A program made the translations under genes and the position numbers. A DNA stretch of 64,000 nucleotides from the NCBI GenBank assembly GCA_040220235.1, contig JAVJTO010000132.1; one strand, 5' to 3'. Numbering within the stretch: position 1 is the stretch's first letter; each line of letters opens with the position of its first letter. The notes beneath the pieces were generated by a model. It saw nothing but the letters and a program-made list of their open reading frames with translations, was not told the origin of the DNA and did not search any database. Shown piece by piece: positions 29,779-40,503 of this stretch. This stretch comes from Coleofasciculus sp. B1-GNL1-01 (GTDB lineage: Bacteria; Cyanobacteriota; Cyanobacteriia; Cyanobacteriales; Coleofasciculaceae).

Positions 29779-30966
29779 ATGAGTCTGGGTAAATGGATTG
29801 GCATACTTGTCTTTATTATTTCACTATTTATTTTGTGGCAGATTCGGCAAATACTGATGCTAATTTTTGCCGCAATTGTCATATCCAATGCCTTGAATAT
29901 TCTGGTAGAACGATTTCAGCGATCTGGAATGCAGCGATTTTTTGCAGTTCTGCTGTCGCTTTTTCTCCTCCTGTGCATTTTGGTCGGATTTTACTTCCTA
30001 ATTGTCCCTCCTTTTGCCGAACAATTTTTACAACTGAGTGAGTTAGTTCCTCAGGGTATTGAACAATTAAACGAGTGGATAGAAGCTTTAGAAGCAGATA
30101 TTTCCTCGGGATTAGTCGATCAGTATATCCCAGACATTAACCAATTGCTGCAACAGCTTCCTCCCTTGATAAATCGGGTATTAGGGGGCGGATTCACGTT
30201 TTTCAATAATGCTTTGGGTGTCCTCCTGAATAGTTTGCTTGTTCTGGTATTAACACTGATGCTTCTTGCCGACCCTGACCCTTACCGGAAAAGCTTTGTT
30301 CGCCTTTTCCCGTCATTCTATCGGCGTCGAGTTGATCAGATTTTGCAGCGGTGTAATGAATCGTTACGGGGATGGCTAGCCGGTATTCTGTTTAACATGG
30401 CAGTCATTGCGTTATTAAGTTTTTTCGGCTTACTGCTGTTGGGAATTCCCCTGGCACTGGCACAAGCTACGTTGGCAGGGATTTTAACATTTATTCCTAA
30501 TCTTGGACCCGTCGTGAGTGTGATCCCACCTATTGCGATCGCGCTGCTAGATTCGCCCTGGAAAGCCATTGCTGTATTGATTCTATATATTGTGATTCAG
30601 CAGGTTGAAAGTAATTTACTCACGCCTTTAGTCATGGCGCAACAGGTATCCCTGCTACCCGCTATAACATTGCTTGCCCAGTTGTTTTTTGTCACCTTCT
30701 TTGGATTTTTAGGGTTATTGTTAGCCCTTCCCCTAACAGTAGTGGCTCAGGTTTGGCTCAAGGAGGTTCTCGTCCACGATATTCTTGACGAATGGCGTCA
30801 TCCGAGTCATAAGGATGCTCAACCTGTGGCAACAACGTTTGCTGTCTCTCCCACTGCTGATATGGTAAGGGATGAGGGAGATGAGGGAGATGAGGGAGAT
30901 GAGGGAGCTGGGGAAGCTGGGGGAGCTGGGGGAGCTGGGGGAGCTAGGGAAGAGGATGACCAATGA
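29779..30966 (+). CDS. AI-2E family transporter
   Basis: Multi-TM, IPNLGP, QQVESNLLTP, GLLLALP; tail built from 9-nt repeats (30871-30951). Confidence 0.9.
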   Translation: MSLGKWIGILVFIISLFILWQIRQILMLIFAAIVISNALNILVERFQRSGMQRFFAVLLSLFLLLCILVGFYFLIVPPFAEQFLQLSELVPQGIEQLNEWIEALEADISSGLVDQYIPDINQLLQQLPPLINRVLGGGFTFFNNALGVLLNSLLVLVLTLMLLADPDPYRKSFVRLFPSFYRRRVDQILQRCNESLRGWLAGILFNMAVIALLSFFGLLLLGIPLALAQATLAGILTFIPNLGPVVSVIPPIAIALLDSPWKAIAVLILYIVIQQVESNLLTPLVMAQQVSLLPAITLLAQLFFVTFFGFLGLLLALPLTVVAQVWLKEVLVHDILDEWRHPSHKDAQPVATTFAVSPTADMVRDEGDEGDEGDEGAGEAGGAGGAGGAREEDDQ

Positions 30967-31020
30967 ACCATGAACAATCAACAATAAACCATGACCAATG
31001 ACGAATAACAACTTTTTATC

Positions 31021-32220
31021 GTGCGAACCCTAGCTGAAATCAATGATAAAATTCACCATCGTCGTGCAGTCGTCTGGACGGTCGAGGAATTAAAAGCGCA
31101 AGTCGCCGATATCGGTGTCACCCAGGCGGCTAAGAATGTCGATGTGATTACCACAGGTACATTTGAGCCAATGGAGTCATCGGGCGCGATTATTAATTTA
31201 GGTCACACAGACCCCCCGATTAAGATTCGTAAATGCTGGTTAGATGGTGTACCTGCTTATGCTGGCTTTGGTGCGGTGGATTTGTATTTAGGCGCGACTC
31301 AAGTTGTGGACTCTACCGATATGGGAGATCTGCCAGAGATCGAGGAATCTAGAGAACGGGGTGGTTCTCATGTCATTGAAGACTTGATTGCCGGTAAACC
31401 CGTGCAATTGCGGGCGATTGGACAGATGACTGACTGTTATCCTAGAGCCTCTTGTGATACGACGATTACTCGTGAAACGATTAACCAGTTCTATCTCTAC
31501 AATCCACGCAATCTCTATCAAAATTTTATCGTCGGCGTCAATGGGGGCGATCGCCTCTTGTACACGTATCTTGGTCCACTCCAGCCCAGATTAGGCAATG
31601 CAGTCTACTCCAATCCGGGAGCAATTTCCCCACTCCTGAATGATCCCGAACTGAAAGTGATTGGGATTGGTACGCAAATTTTCTTGGGTGGGGGTATTGG
31701 GTACATCGCTTGGGAAGGAACTCAGCATTTTCCCCTCCAGAAACGCTTACCCAATCATACCCCCATTGGTCCAGCCGCTACATTGGCGTTAATTGGAGAT
31801 GCCAAGCAGATGAATCCCAAGTGGGTACGGGGGTGCTACTTTAAAAATTATGGTCCGTCTCTGATGTTGGGCGTGGGTGTACCCTTACCTGTCTTGAGTG
31901 AAGAGGTGGTTCAGCATTGTGCTGTATCGGATCAAGATATTGTCGCCCCAGTGGTTGATTTCTCGATTCCCCGTCGCGTTCGTCCTACCTTCGGATTAGT
32001 CAGCTATGCCCAGTTGAAGCAGGGGCGCATTACTATTGACGGCAACTCTGTGCGGACAGCACCTTTGGCAAGTGTATTTCGGTCACGGCAAGTTGCTTTG
32101 GAATTAAAGCAATGGATTGAACGGGGCGAGTTTACGCTCACCGAACCCGTGGCATCCATTCCCATGGATCGTTCCTTTCTGCCTCAAGACCGCTGGGGTT
32201 CTCAACTGAGTATAGAGTAA
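31021..32220 (+). CDS. Homocysteine biosynthesis protein (DUF39, aspartate-semialdehyde sulfurtransferase-like)
   Basis: RTLAEIN, DVITTGTFEPMESSG, YNPRN, GTQH motifs. Confidence 0.85.
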   Translation: MRTLAEINDKIHHRRAVVWTVEELKAQVADIGVTQAAKNVDVITTGTFEPMESSGAIINLGHTDPPIKIRKCWLDGVPAYAGFGAVDLYLGATQVVDSTDMGDLPEIEESRERGGSHVIEDLIAGKPVQLRAIGQMTDCYPRASCDTTITRETINQFYLYNPRNLYQNFIVGVNGGDRLLYTYLGPLQPRLGNAVYSNPGAISPLLNDPELKVIGIGTQIFLGGGIGYIAWEGTQHFPLQKRLPNHTPIGPAATLALIGDAKQMNPKWVRGCYFKNYGPSLMLGVGVPLPVLSEEVVQHCAVSDQDIVAPVVDFSIPRRVRPTFGLVSYAQLKQGRITIDGNSVRTAPLASVFRSRQVALELKQWIERGEFTLTEPVASIPMDRSFLPQDRWGSQLSIE

Positions 32221-32253
32221 GCTAATCCCACAACTTGAGGTCGTGGGATTAGC
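32221..32253. terminator. Stem-loop between convergent genes
   Basis: gctaatcccac / gtgggattagc 11-bp stem right after the stop. Confidence 0.7.
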
Positions 32254-32401
32254 AGTCATCTGTCATCTGTCATTTGTCCTTTGTTATATTAACACTTTAT
32301 TGTGAATTCCTCATAGCCGCCCCTAACTACTGCTTCTACTTCATCAGTGAAGCGCAGGATGGGCGGCGGAATCAGGCTCACGTCCTAATCAGGAATCCCG
32401 C

Positions 32402-33388
32402 TTAGGAATTATCTTTACCTGGCTTGTCCTTACGTTGAACGGGTTTGGATAAGGGTTCTGAACGCTTGGGTGAGGTTCTTTTTCCTGTTGTCGAACGATC
32501 TTCGCCCGAACCACGACGGGGAAAACTCTTTTTAGGTCTTGACCCTTTGCGTGAACGAAACTTATTTGATCGCCTTTTGGGTGCATGAACAATACCAATA
32601 TCATTTCCTGCCTCAATCATCAGGGTATTGGTATGCAGTTTGACGTGCAAATCCCAAAAGTGATTAATTACCTTTTCCCCTAGCAATCCCTTGAGCTGAA
32701 GCTTGAAAAATTTGGTTTTCTCTGATTCTCTGCGGGGAGACTGCTTGATTTTGACAATAACGTCTTCATTCTCCCGCGACTGGTAGATGACTTGACCCCG
32801 AATTGAAAAATAACCTTCTGGTAATTGCTCAGTTGGTTCAGGTTGAGGATGATCTGGAGACGTTTGTGCCTCAGGGGTTGACTCTTCCGGTGGCGAGTCG
32901 GTTGATTCTGAAGCCGTTGTTTGATCTTGATTGAGTGTTTCCGGTTCCCAAACACCGACAATTTGGACGTGCAAATTTCCGTCTTGTTGTCTCGTGCGAG
33001 GGTAAACTACCCAAAGATGGGATAGAGCTAAATCGAGATGGTTTTTCACCAAACTCATGACCCGACCCAGTAAGACGGCATCAATTAAGGTACCGTCATC
33101 TGCTAATAGAGTACCCCTTGTCAATTGCTCTTGAGAGGGCATATATTTTCCCCGAATCAGCCCGATTGCTCGGTACTGCATGGGTTCACTGGGCGGAGGA
33201 ATGGGTTGTTGTCGTTGGACATCTGATGGCATTGTCCCGGTTGAATCCGTTGTAGTAGATGAGTTAGTCACGTTTTGAGAATTGCCATTGGGTGGGGCTG
33301 AGTGTGGCGGTTGCACACTGGATGCTTCTGGCAGATTTTCACCAGAAGACTGGGGTGAGTCGGTAGACCGATTCACAGAAGGACTCAT
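32402..33388 (-). CDS. Conserved hypothetical cyanobacterial protein
   Basis: PIPPPSEPMQYRAIGL...WVVYPRT core; AGGAGG precedes ATG 33388. Confidence 0.8.
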   Translation of the reverse strand: MSPSVNRSTDSPQSSGENLPEASSVQPPHSAPPNGNSQNVTNSSTTTDSTGTMPSDVQRQQPIPPPSEPMQYRAIGLIRGKYMPSQEQLTRGTLLADDGTLIDAVLLGRVMSLVKNHLDLALSHLWVVYPRTRQQDGNLHVQIVGVWEPETLNQDQTTASESTDSPPEESTPEAQTSPDHPQPEPTEQLPEGYFSIRGQVIYQSRENEDVIVKIKQSPRRESEKTKFFKLQLKGLLGEKVINHFWDLHVKLHTNTLMIEAGNDIGIVHAPKRRSNKFRSRKGSRPKKSFPRRGSGEDRSTTGKRTSPKRSEPLSKPVQRKDKPGKDNS

Positions 33389-33712
33389 ATAACCTCCTAG
33401 CGGCGGAGACACATTCCCTTGTGGGAGATTTGGACTGACTGCTTGAATTTTAGTTTGTTCAACATCCTTACTGGAGTGGTGCAATAGCTAGAATGACTCT
33501 CCTAGCTATGTTTTCACCGAAAATTAACAAAGTAAGGAAACTCAGTATCAGTCTGCCCATTTTACAAAATGCAGTCATAAGACTGGTACATCCGCAAAGT
33601 TTATGGAATCTTTACTCGCAGCAATCTGCACTCTATTCAAATTTTGGCGAGAAAATAGGGGAGTGGTGATAAATCTGAGTAATCCATTACACAATAGTTA
33701 AGAGGACAAGAG

Positions 33713-34183
33713 ATGAGTGAATCCTCCATCAATTCCTTACTGGAGAATCTAAAAAACCCTGATGAAAACGTCCGCAAGCAGGCAACCGAAGAACTCTGGC
33801 GTATCTGGTTCTATCAAAAGGGCATCTCTGGCATGGAACGGCTAGGGCGGACACAGATTTTATTAGAACGTGGGGAAACAGCCCAAGCTGAAGCACTGCT
33901 GACCCAGATTATTAGAGAGCAACCTGATTTTGCTGAAGCTTGGAATCGACGAGCCGTTCTTTACTACCTACTTAAACAGTATCAAAAGTCAAGGGACGAT
34001 TGTCAGCAGGTTGTCCGACTCAATCCCATTCATTTTGGAGCGCTGCATGGTTTGGGATTGTGTTATATGGCGTTGGGAGATTATCAAGCGGCAATTACAG
34101 CCTTTCGCAGGGCGTTGGACATTCAACCCTATTCTTTAATTAATCAAAAGTTTATTCTTGAATGCACGGCGCAGTTGAGTTAG
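33713..34183 (+). CDS. Tetratricopeptide repeat protein
   Basis: PDFAEAWNRRA, NPIHFGALHGLG TPR units. Confidence 0.9.
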   Translation: MSESSINSLLENLKNPDENVRKQATEELWRIWFYQKGISGMERLGRTQILLERGETAQAEALLTQIIREQPDFAEAWNRRAVLYYLLKQYQKSRDDCQQVVRLNPIHFGALHGLGLCYMALGDYQAAITAFRRALDIQPYSLINQKFILECTAQLS

Positions 34184-34233
34184 GGGGTATGAGCAGATGG
34201 GGAAGATGGGGGAGATGGGGGAGATGGGGATGT

Positions 34234-34261
34234 GTAGAGACGTAGCATGCTACGTCTCTAC
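34234..34261. repeat. GTAG-type REP palindrome
   Basis: gtagagacgtagcatgctacgtctctac, perfect palindrome. Confidence 0.9.
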
Positions 34262-34278
34262 AGTGAGTTGAGGTAAAT

Positions 34279-35304
34279 TTGGTGAACATCAATCAACCTA
34301 GTCCCTTACAACCAGGTAATTTGCTCCGGGTGATTGCTCCGAGTGGGGCGTTACGAGAGATTGACGCCTTCTATCAGGGAGTAGAAATTTGGCGTCGCCG
34401 AGGTTATCGGGTTGAATTACCAACCAATTGGGATGCTAGAGAGGGTTACCTGGCGGGTACAGATGACCAACGACGCCAGCAGTTAGCCACCGCTTGGTAT
34501 GACCCAGACTGTCGGGGGATTCTTTGTATCCGAGGTGGCTATGGTAGCGCCCGTCTTCTGGAAGATTGGACATGGAGATTGAGCAGGGGAGTAGGGGGAG
34601 CTGGGGGAGCTGGGGGAGCTGGGGGAGCTGGGGAAGCTGGGGGAGCTGGGGGAGCTGGGGGAGCTGGGGGAGATAAAATTAGAGCTGATGAGAGTCTTGA
34701 GGCAAAATCCCATAGTCCCAAATGGCTGATTGGGTTTTCTGATATTACCTGTCTCCTCTGGAGTCTAGCTGGAGGGGAAATTGGCAGTGTTCATGGTCCA
34801 GTCTTAACCACATTAGCCAATGAACCGGAATGGTCGCTGAATCGCTTATTTGACTGTGTAGAAGGACGCCCTCTGTCTCCTTTATCTGGGAAAGGTTGGG
34901 GCGGGGGTAAGGTTAAGGGGTGGCTTTTGCCAGGAAATCTGACTGTGGCAACTCATTTACTAGGTACGCCGATTCTACCACCGCTAGATGGGGCAATTCT
35001 GGCGTTAGAGGATGTGACAGAAGCGCCTTATCGAATTGACCGCCTGTTGACCCAGTGGCGGATGAGTGGCATTTTACAGAAGGTTAAGGGTATTGCCTTG
35101 GGACGGTTTAGCCGCTGTCATCCTCCCCAGAATGTGCCAAGTTGGACGGTTGAAGAGGTGTTACGCGATCGCTTAATGGATCTCGATATTCCCATTGTCT
35201 CCGAGTTACCCTTTGGTCACGATGGGGTCAACGCCGCTTTGCCTGTGGGATGCAAGGTGGAACTAGATGGGGATCAGGGAACATTATGTTGGAAAACTTC
35301 ATAA
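34279..35304 (+). CDS. LD-carboxypeptidase (peptidase S66)
   Basis: APSG, RGGYG, GFSDIT, GNL, LED, FGH. Confidence 0.92.
   Translation: MVNINQPSPLQPGNLLRVIAPSGALREIDAFYQGVEIWRRRGYRVELPTNWDAREGYLAGTDDQRRQQLATAWYDPDCRGILCIRGGYGSARLLEDWTWRLSRGVGGAGGAGGAGGAGEAGGAGGAGGAGGDKIRADESLEAKSHSPKWLIGFSDITCLLWSLAGGEIGSVHGPVLTTLANEPEWSLNRLFDCVEGRPLSPLSGKGWGGGKVKGWLLPGNLTVATHLLGTPILPPLDGAILALEDVTEAPYRIDRLLTQWRMSGILQKVKGIALGRFSRCHPPQNVPSWTVEEVLRDRLMDLDIPIVSELPFGHDGVNAALPVGCKVELDGDQGTLCWKTS
34585..34674 (+). repeat. In-frame 9-nt tandem repeat (gggggagct) in the peptidase
   Basis: Nine to ten units encoding (GGA)n. Confidence 0.95.
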
Positions 35305-35369
35305 ATAATTCTCAACCAGGAATGGTAAGCTAACAGAGCGCTGAAAACTTTGTATAGGGTAGGTCTAGT

Positions 35370-36431
35370 ATGGCTGGGTTAACCCAGGTTCCTTATTTAT
35401 TACGAGCCGCTCGTGGTGAAAAATTAGAACGTCCGCCTGTGTGGATGATGCGACAGGCGGGTCGATATATGAAAGCCTATCGGGATTTACGCGATAAGTA
35501 TCCCAGTTTCCGGGAACGCTCCGAAATTCCCGAAATTGCTATTGAAATTTCTCTCCAACCCTGGAAGGCGTTTCGTCCCGATGGGGTGATTCTGTTTTCT
35601 GATATCCTCACGCCTCTACCCGGAGTCGGTATTCCCTTTGATATTGTTGAAAGCAAAGGTCCGATTATAGATCCGCCAATTCGCTCCCAAGCACAAATTG
35701 ACGGGCTTCATCCCTTAGAGTTAGAAAAATTAACATTTGTCGGGGAGATATTACAAGCGCTGCGCCGGGAAGTCGGGAACGAAGCCGCTGTCTTAGGTTT
35801 TGTCGGTGCGCCTTGGACATTAGCTGCTTATGCGATTGAGGGCAAAAGTTCCAAGAATTACTCGATTATTAAAGGGATGGCATTTTCCCAACCCGCCATG
35901 CTGCACGAGTTTCTGGGGAAAATAGCTGATGCGATCGCGGTTTATGTGCGCTATCAAATTGATAATGGTGCCCAAGTTGTGCAACTGTTCGATTCCTGGG
36001 CGGGTCAACTAAGTCCCCAAGACTACGATACCTTTGCCTTGCCCTATCAGCAGCGTGTGGTTGAGCAAGTAAAAGCCACCCATCCTGATACGCCTCTGAT
36101 TTTATATATCAGTGGGAGTGCGGGTATCTTAGAGCGCATGGGTAAATCCGGTGTGGATATTATCAGCGTAGACTGGACAGTGGATATGGCAGAAGCGCGA
36201 CAGCGGTTAGGCTATAAAATGAACGTTCAGGGAAACATGGACCCAGGGGTGCTATTTGGGTCACAGGATTTTATCCGCGATCGCATTTTGGATACAATTC
36301 GTAAAGCTGGGAACCGAGGTCATATCTTTAATTTGGGTCATGGTGTTTTACCGGGAACTCCAGAAGATAATGTCAGGTTCTTCTTTGAAACAGCGAAACA
36401 GGTTGATCAATTGTTGACTGTTCATGCGTAA
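35370..36431 (+). CDS. hemE: Uroporphyrinogen decarboxylase
   Basis: [21 protein letters not shown]. Confidence 0.98.
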   Translation: MAGLTQVPYLLRAARGEKLERPPVWMMRQAGRYMKAYRDLRDKYPSFRERSEIPEIAIEISLQPWKAFRPDGVILFSDILTPLPGVGIPFDIVESKGPIIDPPIRSQAQIDGLHPLELEKLTFVGEILQALRREVGNEAAVLGFVGAPWTLAAYAIEGKSSKNYSIIKGMAFSQPAMLHEFLGKIADAIAVYVRYQIDNGAQVVQLFDSWAGQLSPQDYDTFALPYQQRVVEQVKATHPDTPLILYISGSAGILERMGKSGVDIISVDWTVDMAEARQRLGYKMNVQGNMDPGVLFGSQDFIRDRILDTIRKAGNRGHIFNLGHGVLPGTPEDNVRFFFETAKQVDQLLTVHA

Positions 36432-36452
36432 GAGATTGGGGAACAGGGGATT

Positions 36453-36608
36453 GGGCGAAGCATTCGTGTTGGTATGTTGACCGAAAACCGAGACATCGGG
36501 ACACGAATGCGATAACCCCTACATCTGTTGGACATTGCGCGTCTGTAGGGGCGGGTTTATGGGTTTTCGTGTCGCTATTGATGATAACGTTTATTCAAAA
36601 CCCGCCCT
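36453..36608. repeat. Two REPIN-like hairpins with variable spacers
   Basis: gcattcgtgt...acacgaatgc-ccctac and gtaggggcgggttt...aaacccgccc; latter arms recur at 55533-55592. Confidence 0.75.
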
Positions 36609-36767
36609 TTCCAAAGGTAGAGGTAGGATTTCACTATTGTCGTTTTGTCCATCACCCAGATGTGACTCAACGGAATCTAGGGACCAATGTCCCTACTACA
36701 AGCCTAATATTTACATAATGTAATATCGGTTGAGTTAGGATCGGATTATCAAGAAATCTCAAATCAA

Positions 36768-37745
36768 ATGACTCCCAAGCGAATCTTTATGACCGGTGCT
36801 AGTGGTTGCATCGGTCAATATGTCGCCGAAACCTTAATTCAACAAACAGATCACGAGTTGTATTTGTTGGTTAGAAATCCCGATAAATTAGGATTTGACT
36901 ACCATGCTCGTCCGGGTATTACGATTTGTCAAGCTGATTTACGGCAGATTGATCAATTTAGCGATTTGCTTAAAACTGTAGATGTAGCAATTTTGGCTGC
37001 AACGGCTTGGGGAGGAGTCCAGGAAGTTTTTGATATTAATGTGGTCAAAACCCTGCGATTGCTGGACTTGCTGGACACTCAACGTTGTCAACAAGTTATT
37101 TATTTTTCCACTGCTAGCATTCTCAATCAGCAGAACCAATTACTCAAACAAGCCGGTCAACTGGGAACCGACTATATCCGTTCCAAATACGACTGTTTAC
37201 AGCAACTCTCAAAACTCGCGATCGCGCCTAAAATTACTACAGTGTTTCCCACGTTGGTATTAGGGGGAGATGAGCGCAAACCTTACTCCCATATTTCATC
37301 AGGGATTAAGGATGTGGTGAAATGGATGGACTTGATTCGTTGGTTCAAAGCCGATGGGAGTTTCCACTTTATGCACGCCCAGGATATCGCCCAGGTAGTG
37401 CTATATCTGGTTGATCATCCTCCTAGTCAGGAATTGACCACTAAAACGGGTGAAGTATTATCAACCAATCGCTTAGTCTTAGGAAATCCACGCCTCACTG
37501 TTAACCAGGCGGTAGAAGAAGTCTGTGCGTATTTAGGTAAAAAAATTTATGTTCGCGTCCCCTTATCGATTGGACTAGCGAATCTATTAATTATCTTATT
37601 TCGGATTCAGATGGCGGCGTGGGATCGATTTTGCCTCAATTATCGCCATTTTAGTTATCAAAACCCAGTGAATCCCGATACATTCGGTTTACCCACGTAC
37701 TGTGCCACCCTGAGTGACGTGTTGAAAATCAGTGGTCTTCCGTAG
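36768..37745 (+). CDS. NAD(P)-dependent epimerase/dehydratase family oxidoreductase
   Basis: TGASGCIG, YIRSK. Confidence 0.88.
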   Translation: MTPKRIFMTGASGCIGQYVAETLIQQTDHELYLLVRNPDKLGFDYHARPGITICQADLRQIDQFSDLLKTVDVAILAATAWGGVQEVFDINVVKTLRLLDLLDTQRCQQVIYFSTASILNQQNQLLKQAGQLGTDYIRSKYDCLQQLSKLAIAPKITTVFPTLVLGGDERKPYSHISSGIKDVVKWMDLIRWFKADGSFHFMHAQDIAQVVLYLVDHPPSQELTTKTGEVLSTNRLVLGNPRLTVNQAVEEVCAYLGKKIYVRVPLSIGLANLLIILFRIQMAAWDRFCLNYRHFSYQNPVNPDTFGLPTYCATLSDVLKISGLP

Positions 37746-37760
37746 GAGCGCACCGACGTG

Positions 37761-38062
37761 CATCCGTGTCAACTTAATCAACTTAAGCTCAACCCCTCAC
37801 CCCCAGCCCCTCTCCCACGCCAGCCCTCACCCCCAGCCCCTCTCCCAAGCTTGGGAGAGGGGAGCAAGAGGGGAGCAAGAGAGTCCGGTTCCCCTTCTCC
37901 CATGCAACAAAAGCGAAGCATCCTCTGTCATCCCTCCTCGCAGGGGGGAACGAGGGGGGTTGGGAGAAGGGGTTAGGGGATGAGGGGGAATTTTTGAGCC
38001 GTAGATAGACATAGCTGAAAACCTTGCCAGCATTGGTTTTCTACCTTAAGTTGACACTAATG
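37761..38062. mobile_element. MITE family C inserted in a REP
   Basis: TIR CATnnGTGTCAACTTAA; flanking duplication accgacgtg (37752-60, 38063-71). Confidence 0.85.
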
Positions 38063-38721
38063 ACCGACGTGCGCCCTTTACCAACGTGCGCCCTGCACTG
38101 ACCTTAAGCCCAAAAAAAGCGATACCTTGATCTAACCCCTCCCTAACCCTCCCCTTGCCAAGGGGAGGGAATTTCAAGGACTTTGGTTTCTCCCCACACC
38201 CAACACCCGACACCCGACAAACTGTTCAAAATGTAAATTGTTACCTACTACCTATTCATTGTTCTATACAATGGAATAGAAAGAGATGGAATTAGCAGTA
38301 TGAACCCCTGCTCTCCATCCAGGTTTCGCAGGCGATACCCCGGTCAACAAACGGTTTCCTAAGCAAATCTCAATAATCTTTCAGGAATCTGTCCGATGGG
38401 TGATGTAGATTAATACAGACTTTGACTAAGGTCACTCATCCCCCAAAAGGGTATCGCGTATACTATCTGCTAGAGGAGAAGCCCAGTTATCTAACCTGAG
38501 ACAGAATTTAAGCCCAAAATGCGGAGAATTCTGTAAAAACGGAAACTGGGGCGATGCGTTAGCAGTAAATCTCAGTAAGGGTTTCCTGGAAAAACAGGTA
38601 ACCCTTCGCGGTGAGAAAAACGAAAACGCTGTTATCCGGTCATCAAGGGTGGGAATTCTAGTAATAAGTGATGACACACTTCGATCAAGTGTCGTTATCG
38701 GTCGTAATCTAAGAGATCACT

Positions 38722-39969
38722 ATGCCAGCCACTCCTTTTGCCGACACTGAATTCGACCACGACCAGCCTACCTACAGCCTGGATTTGCAGGATACCCACA
38801 GCGATATGGACAATTCTGTGGATGATTTCGTTGATCCAGATGAAGAGGATATCGACACGACTAGCTTTGCTAAAAGTGCCAACCGCCGTACCACTGATTT
38901 GGTGCGGCTATATCTTCAGGAAATCGGTCGGGTTCGTTTATTGAGACGAGATGAAGAAGTTTCCGAAGCGCAAAAAGTTCAGCGCTATATGCGACTATTG
39001 GACTTGCGAGCGAAGTTCGCCACACCAGAGGAGCAAGTTATTGAGCATTTCGTTCATTTAATCGAAACCCATGACCGTTTAGCCTCGCAGTTAGGACATC
39101 GTCCCTCCTTAGAACGCTGGGCGACCACTGCTGGGGTGGATGTGGCTACCCTGAAGCCAAGTCTAGTAAAGGGGAAACAGCGCTGGGCGGAGTTAGCGGA
39201 ACTGACGGTTAAGGAACTAGAACAGGTTCAAGCCCAAGGATTGCAGGCGAAAGAACACATGATTAAAGCCAACCTGCGCCTAGTGGTGTCGGTGGCGAAA
39301 AAGTATCAAAATCGCGGGTTAGAACTGCTGGATTTGATTCAAGAAGGGACTCTGGGATTAGAACGGGCGGTTGAAAAGTTTGATCCGACGAAGGGGTATC
39401 GGTTTAGTACCTATGCCTATTGGTGGATTCGTCAGGGAATTACTCGCGCGATCGCCACTCAAAGCCGGACAATCCGCTTACCCGTCCACATTACCGAAAA
39501 GCTGAACAAGATTAAGAAAGCCCAGCGGAAGATTTCTCAGGAACAAGGGCGCACCGCCACCATTGAGGATATCGCCAAAGAGTTGGAAATGGATGCGCCG
39601 CAGGTACGGGAAGTGCTGATGCGAGTTCCGCGATCGGTTTCTTTGGAGATTAAAGTTGGTAAGGAGAAGGATACAGAACTAGGAGATTTACTGGAAACTG
39701 AGGAAACATCTCCAGAAGACGTATTGATGCGTGAGGCTTTACAGCGGGATTTACAGCAACTCCTGGCTGATTTAACCAGTCGCGAACGGGATGTGATTTG
39801 TATGCGGTTTGGTTTAGGCGATGGACATCCCTACTCCTTAGCTGAGATTGGGCGGGCGCTGGAACTGTCTCGCGAACGGGTACGGCAAATTGAGGCGAAG
39901 GCGTTGCAGAAATTGCGCCAACCCAAGCGACGGAATCGGGTGCGGGATTATCTGGAAGCGTTGAGTTAG
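38722..39969 (+). CDS. sigC: Group 2 RNA polymerase sigma factor SigC
   Basis: DLVRLYLQEIGR, ANLRLVVSVAKKY, STYAYWWIRQ, region 4 HTH; MPAT N-terminus and insert typical of SigC. Confidence 0.9.
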   Translation: MPATPFADTEFDHDQPTYSLDLQDTHSDMDNSVDDFVDPDEEDIDTTSFAKSANRRTTDLVRLYLQEIGRVRLLRRDEEVSEAQKVQRYMRLLDLRAKFATPEEQVIEHFVHLIETHDRLASQLGHRPSLERWATTAGVDVATLKPSLVKGKQRWAELAELTVKELEQVQAQGLQAKEHMIKANLRLVVSVAKKYQNRGLELLDLIQEGTLGLERAVEKFDPTKGYRFSTYAYWWIRQGITRAIATQSRTIRLPVHITEKLNKIKKAQRKISQEQGRTATIEDIAKELEMDAPQVREVLMRVPRSVSLEIKVGKEKDTELGDLLETEETSPEDVLMREALQRDLQQLLADLTSRERDVICMRFGLGDGHPYSLAEIGRALELSRERVRQIEAKALQKLRQPKRRNRVRDYLEALS

Positions 39970-39986
39970 GGGGTTTCCCACACATT

Positions 39987-40014
39987 GTAGAGACGCGCCA
40001 TGGCGCGTCTCTAA
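39987..40014. repeat. GTAG-type REP palindrome
   Basis: 27/28 identical to 27158-27185. Confidence 0.9.
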
Positions 40015-40503
40015 GATTATTTTCACTCCCTAAAAAATCGTACCCATATACCCCTTGCAATCGCTTCGCGATACCTTCCTTCGGAACAGACTTAGCCAAC
40101 GCGCTATTTTGGCAATAGACAAGAGATCGACGGAAACCCTCGCCACATCAAAGTTGAGCGCGATTGTACCTAAGTAGGGCGCGTCAAAAATAACGGAAAA
40201 GCTTACAGTGAGACAGTTTCAACTTTTGGCGTGGGGGGAACTTCAGCTTAATTTTTTTATGGTATCCTTGGTTAAGGTACGACAATTGTTCTAAAAAGTA
40301 AATGGATCACAGAATCGGACGACTGAGACAATTAACTCTCTAGCCGGGATGAAAACCCTAACTTTTCTGCCACGTCGGCTGTCTACGGTGGAGAACTGTT
40401 ATTGGTATCGCTTTTCATAACCCATAAGAATGTTTTTTGCCAAACTGACATCCTCCAAAGAAAAATCACCCCCCAAAGAAAAATCACCCCCAGGAGATGC
40501 ACT

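Noticed and set aside
31021..32220. DUF39 homocysteine enzyme as a novelty
   Set aside because: Family is known and common in cyanobacteria
36450..36700. Possible mini CRISPR array
   Set aside because: Repeats are inverted arms of hairpins, not direct repeats with regular spacing
37732..38033. Short ORFs on both strands (also 54950-55273, 56749-57294, 23326-23634, 28887-29167)
   Set aside because: Products of MITE and tandem-repeat sequence, low complexity
38225..38465. NtcA-like GTA...TAC motifs upstream of sigC
   Set aside because: Spacings seen are N6 or N7, not the N8 consensus
39650..40099. 149 aa antisense ORF over sigC, and other nested ORFs in long genes
   Set aside because: Shadow frames of well-supported genes
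40455..40490. 18-bp duplication before the oxygenase and 12-bp duplication near 41250
   Set aside because: Simple slippage events with no evident function
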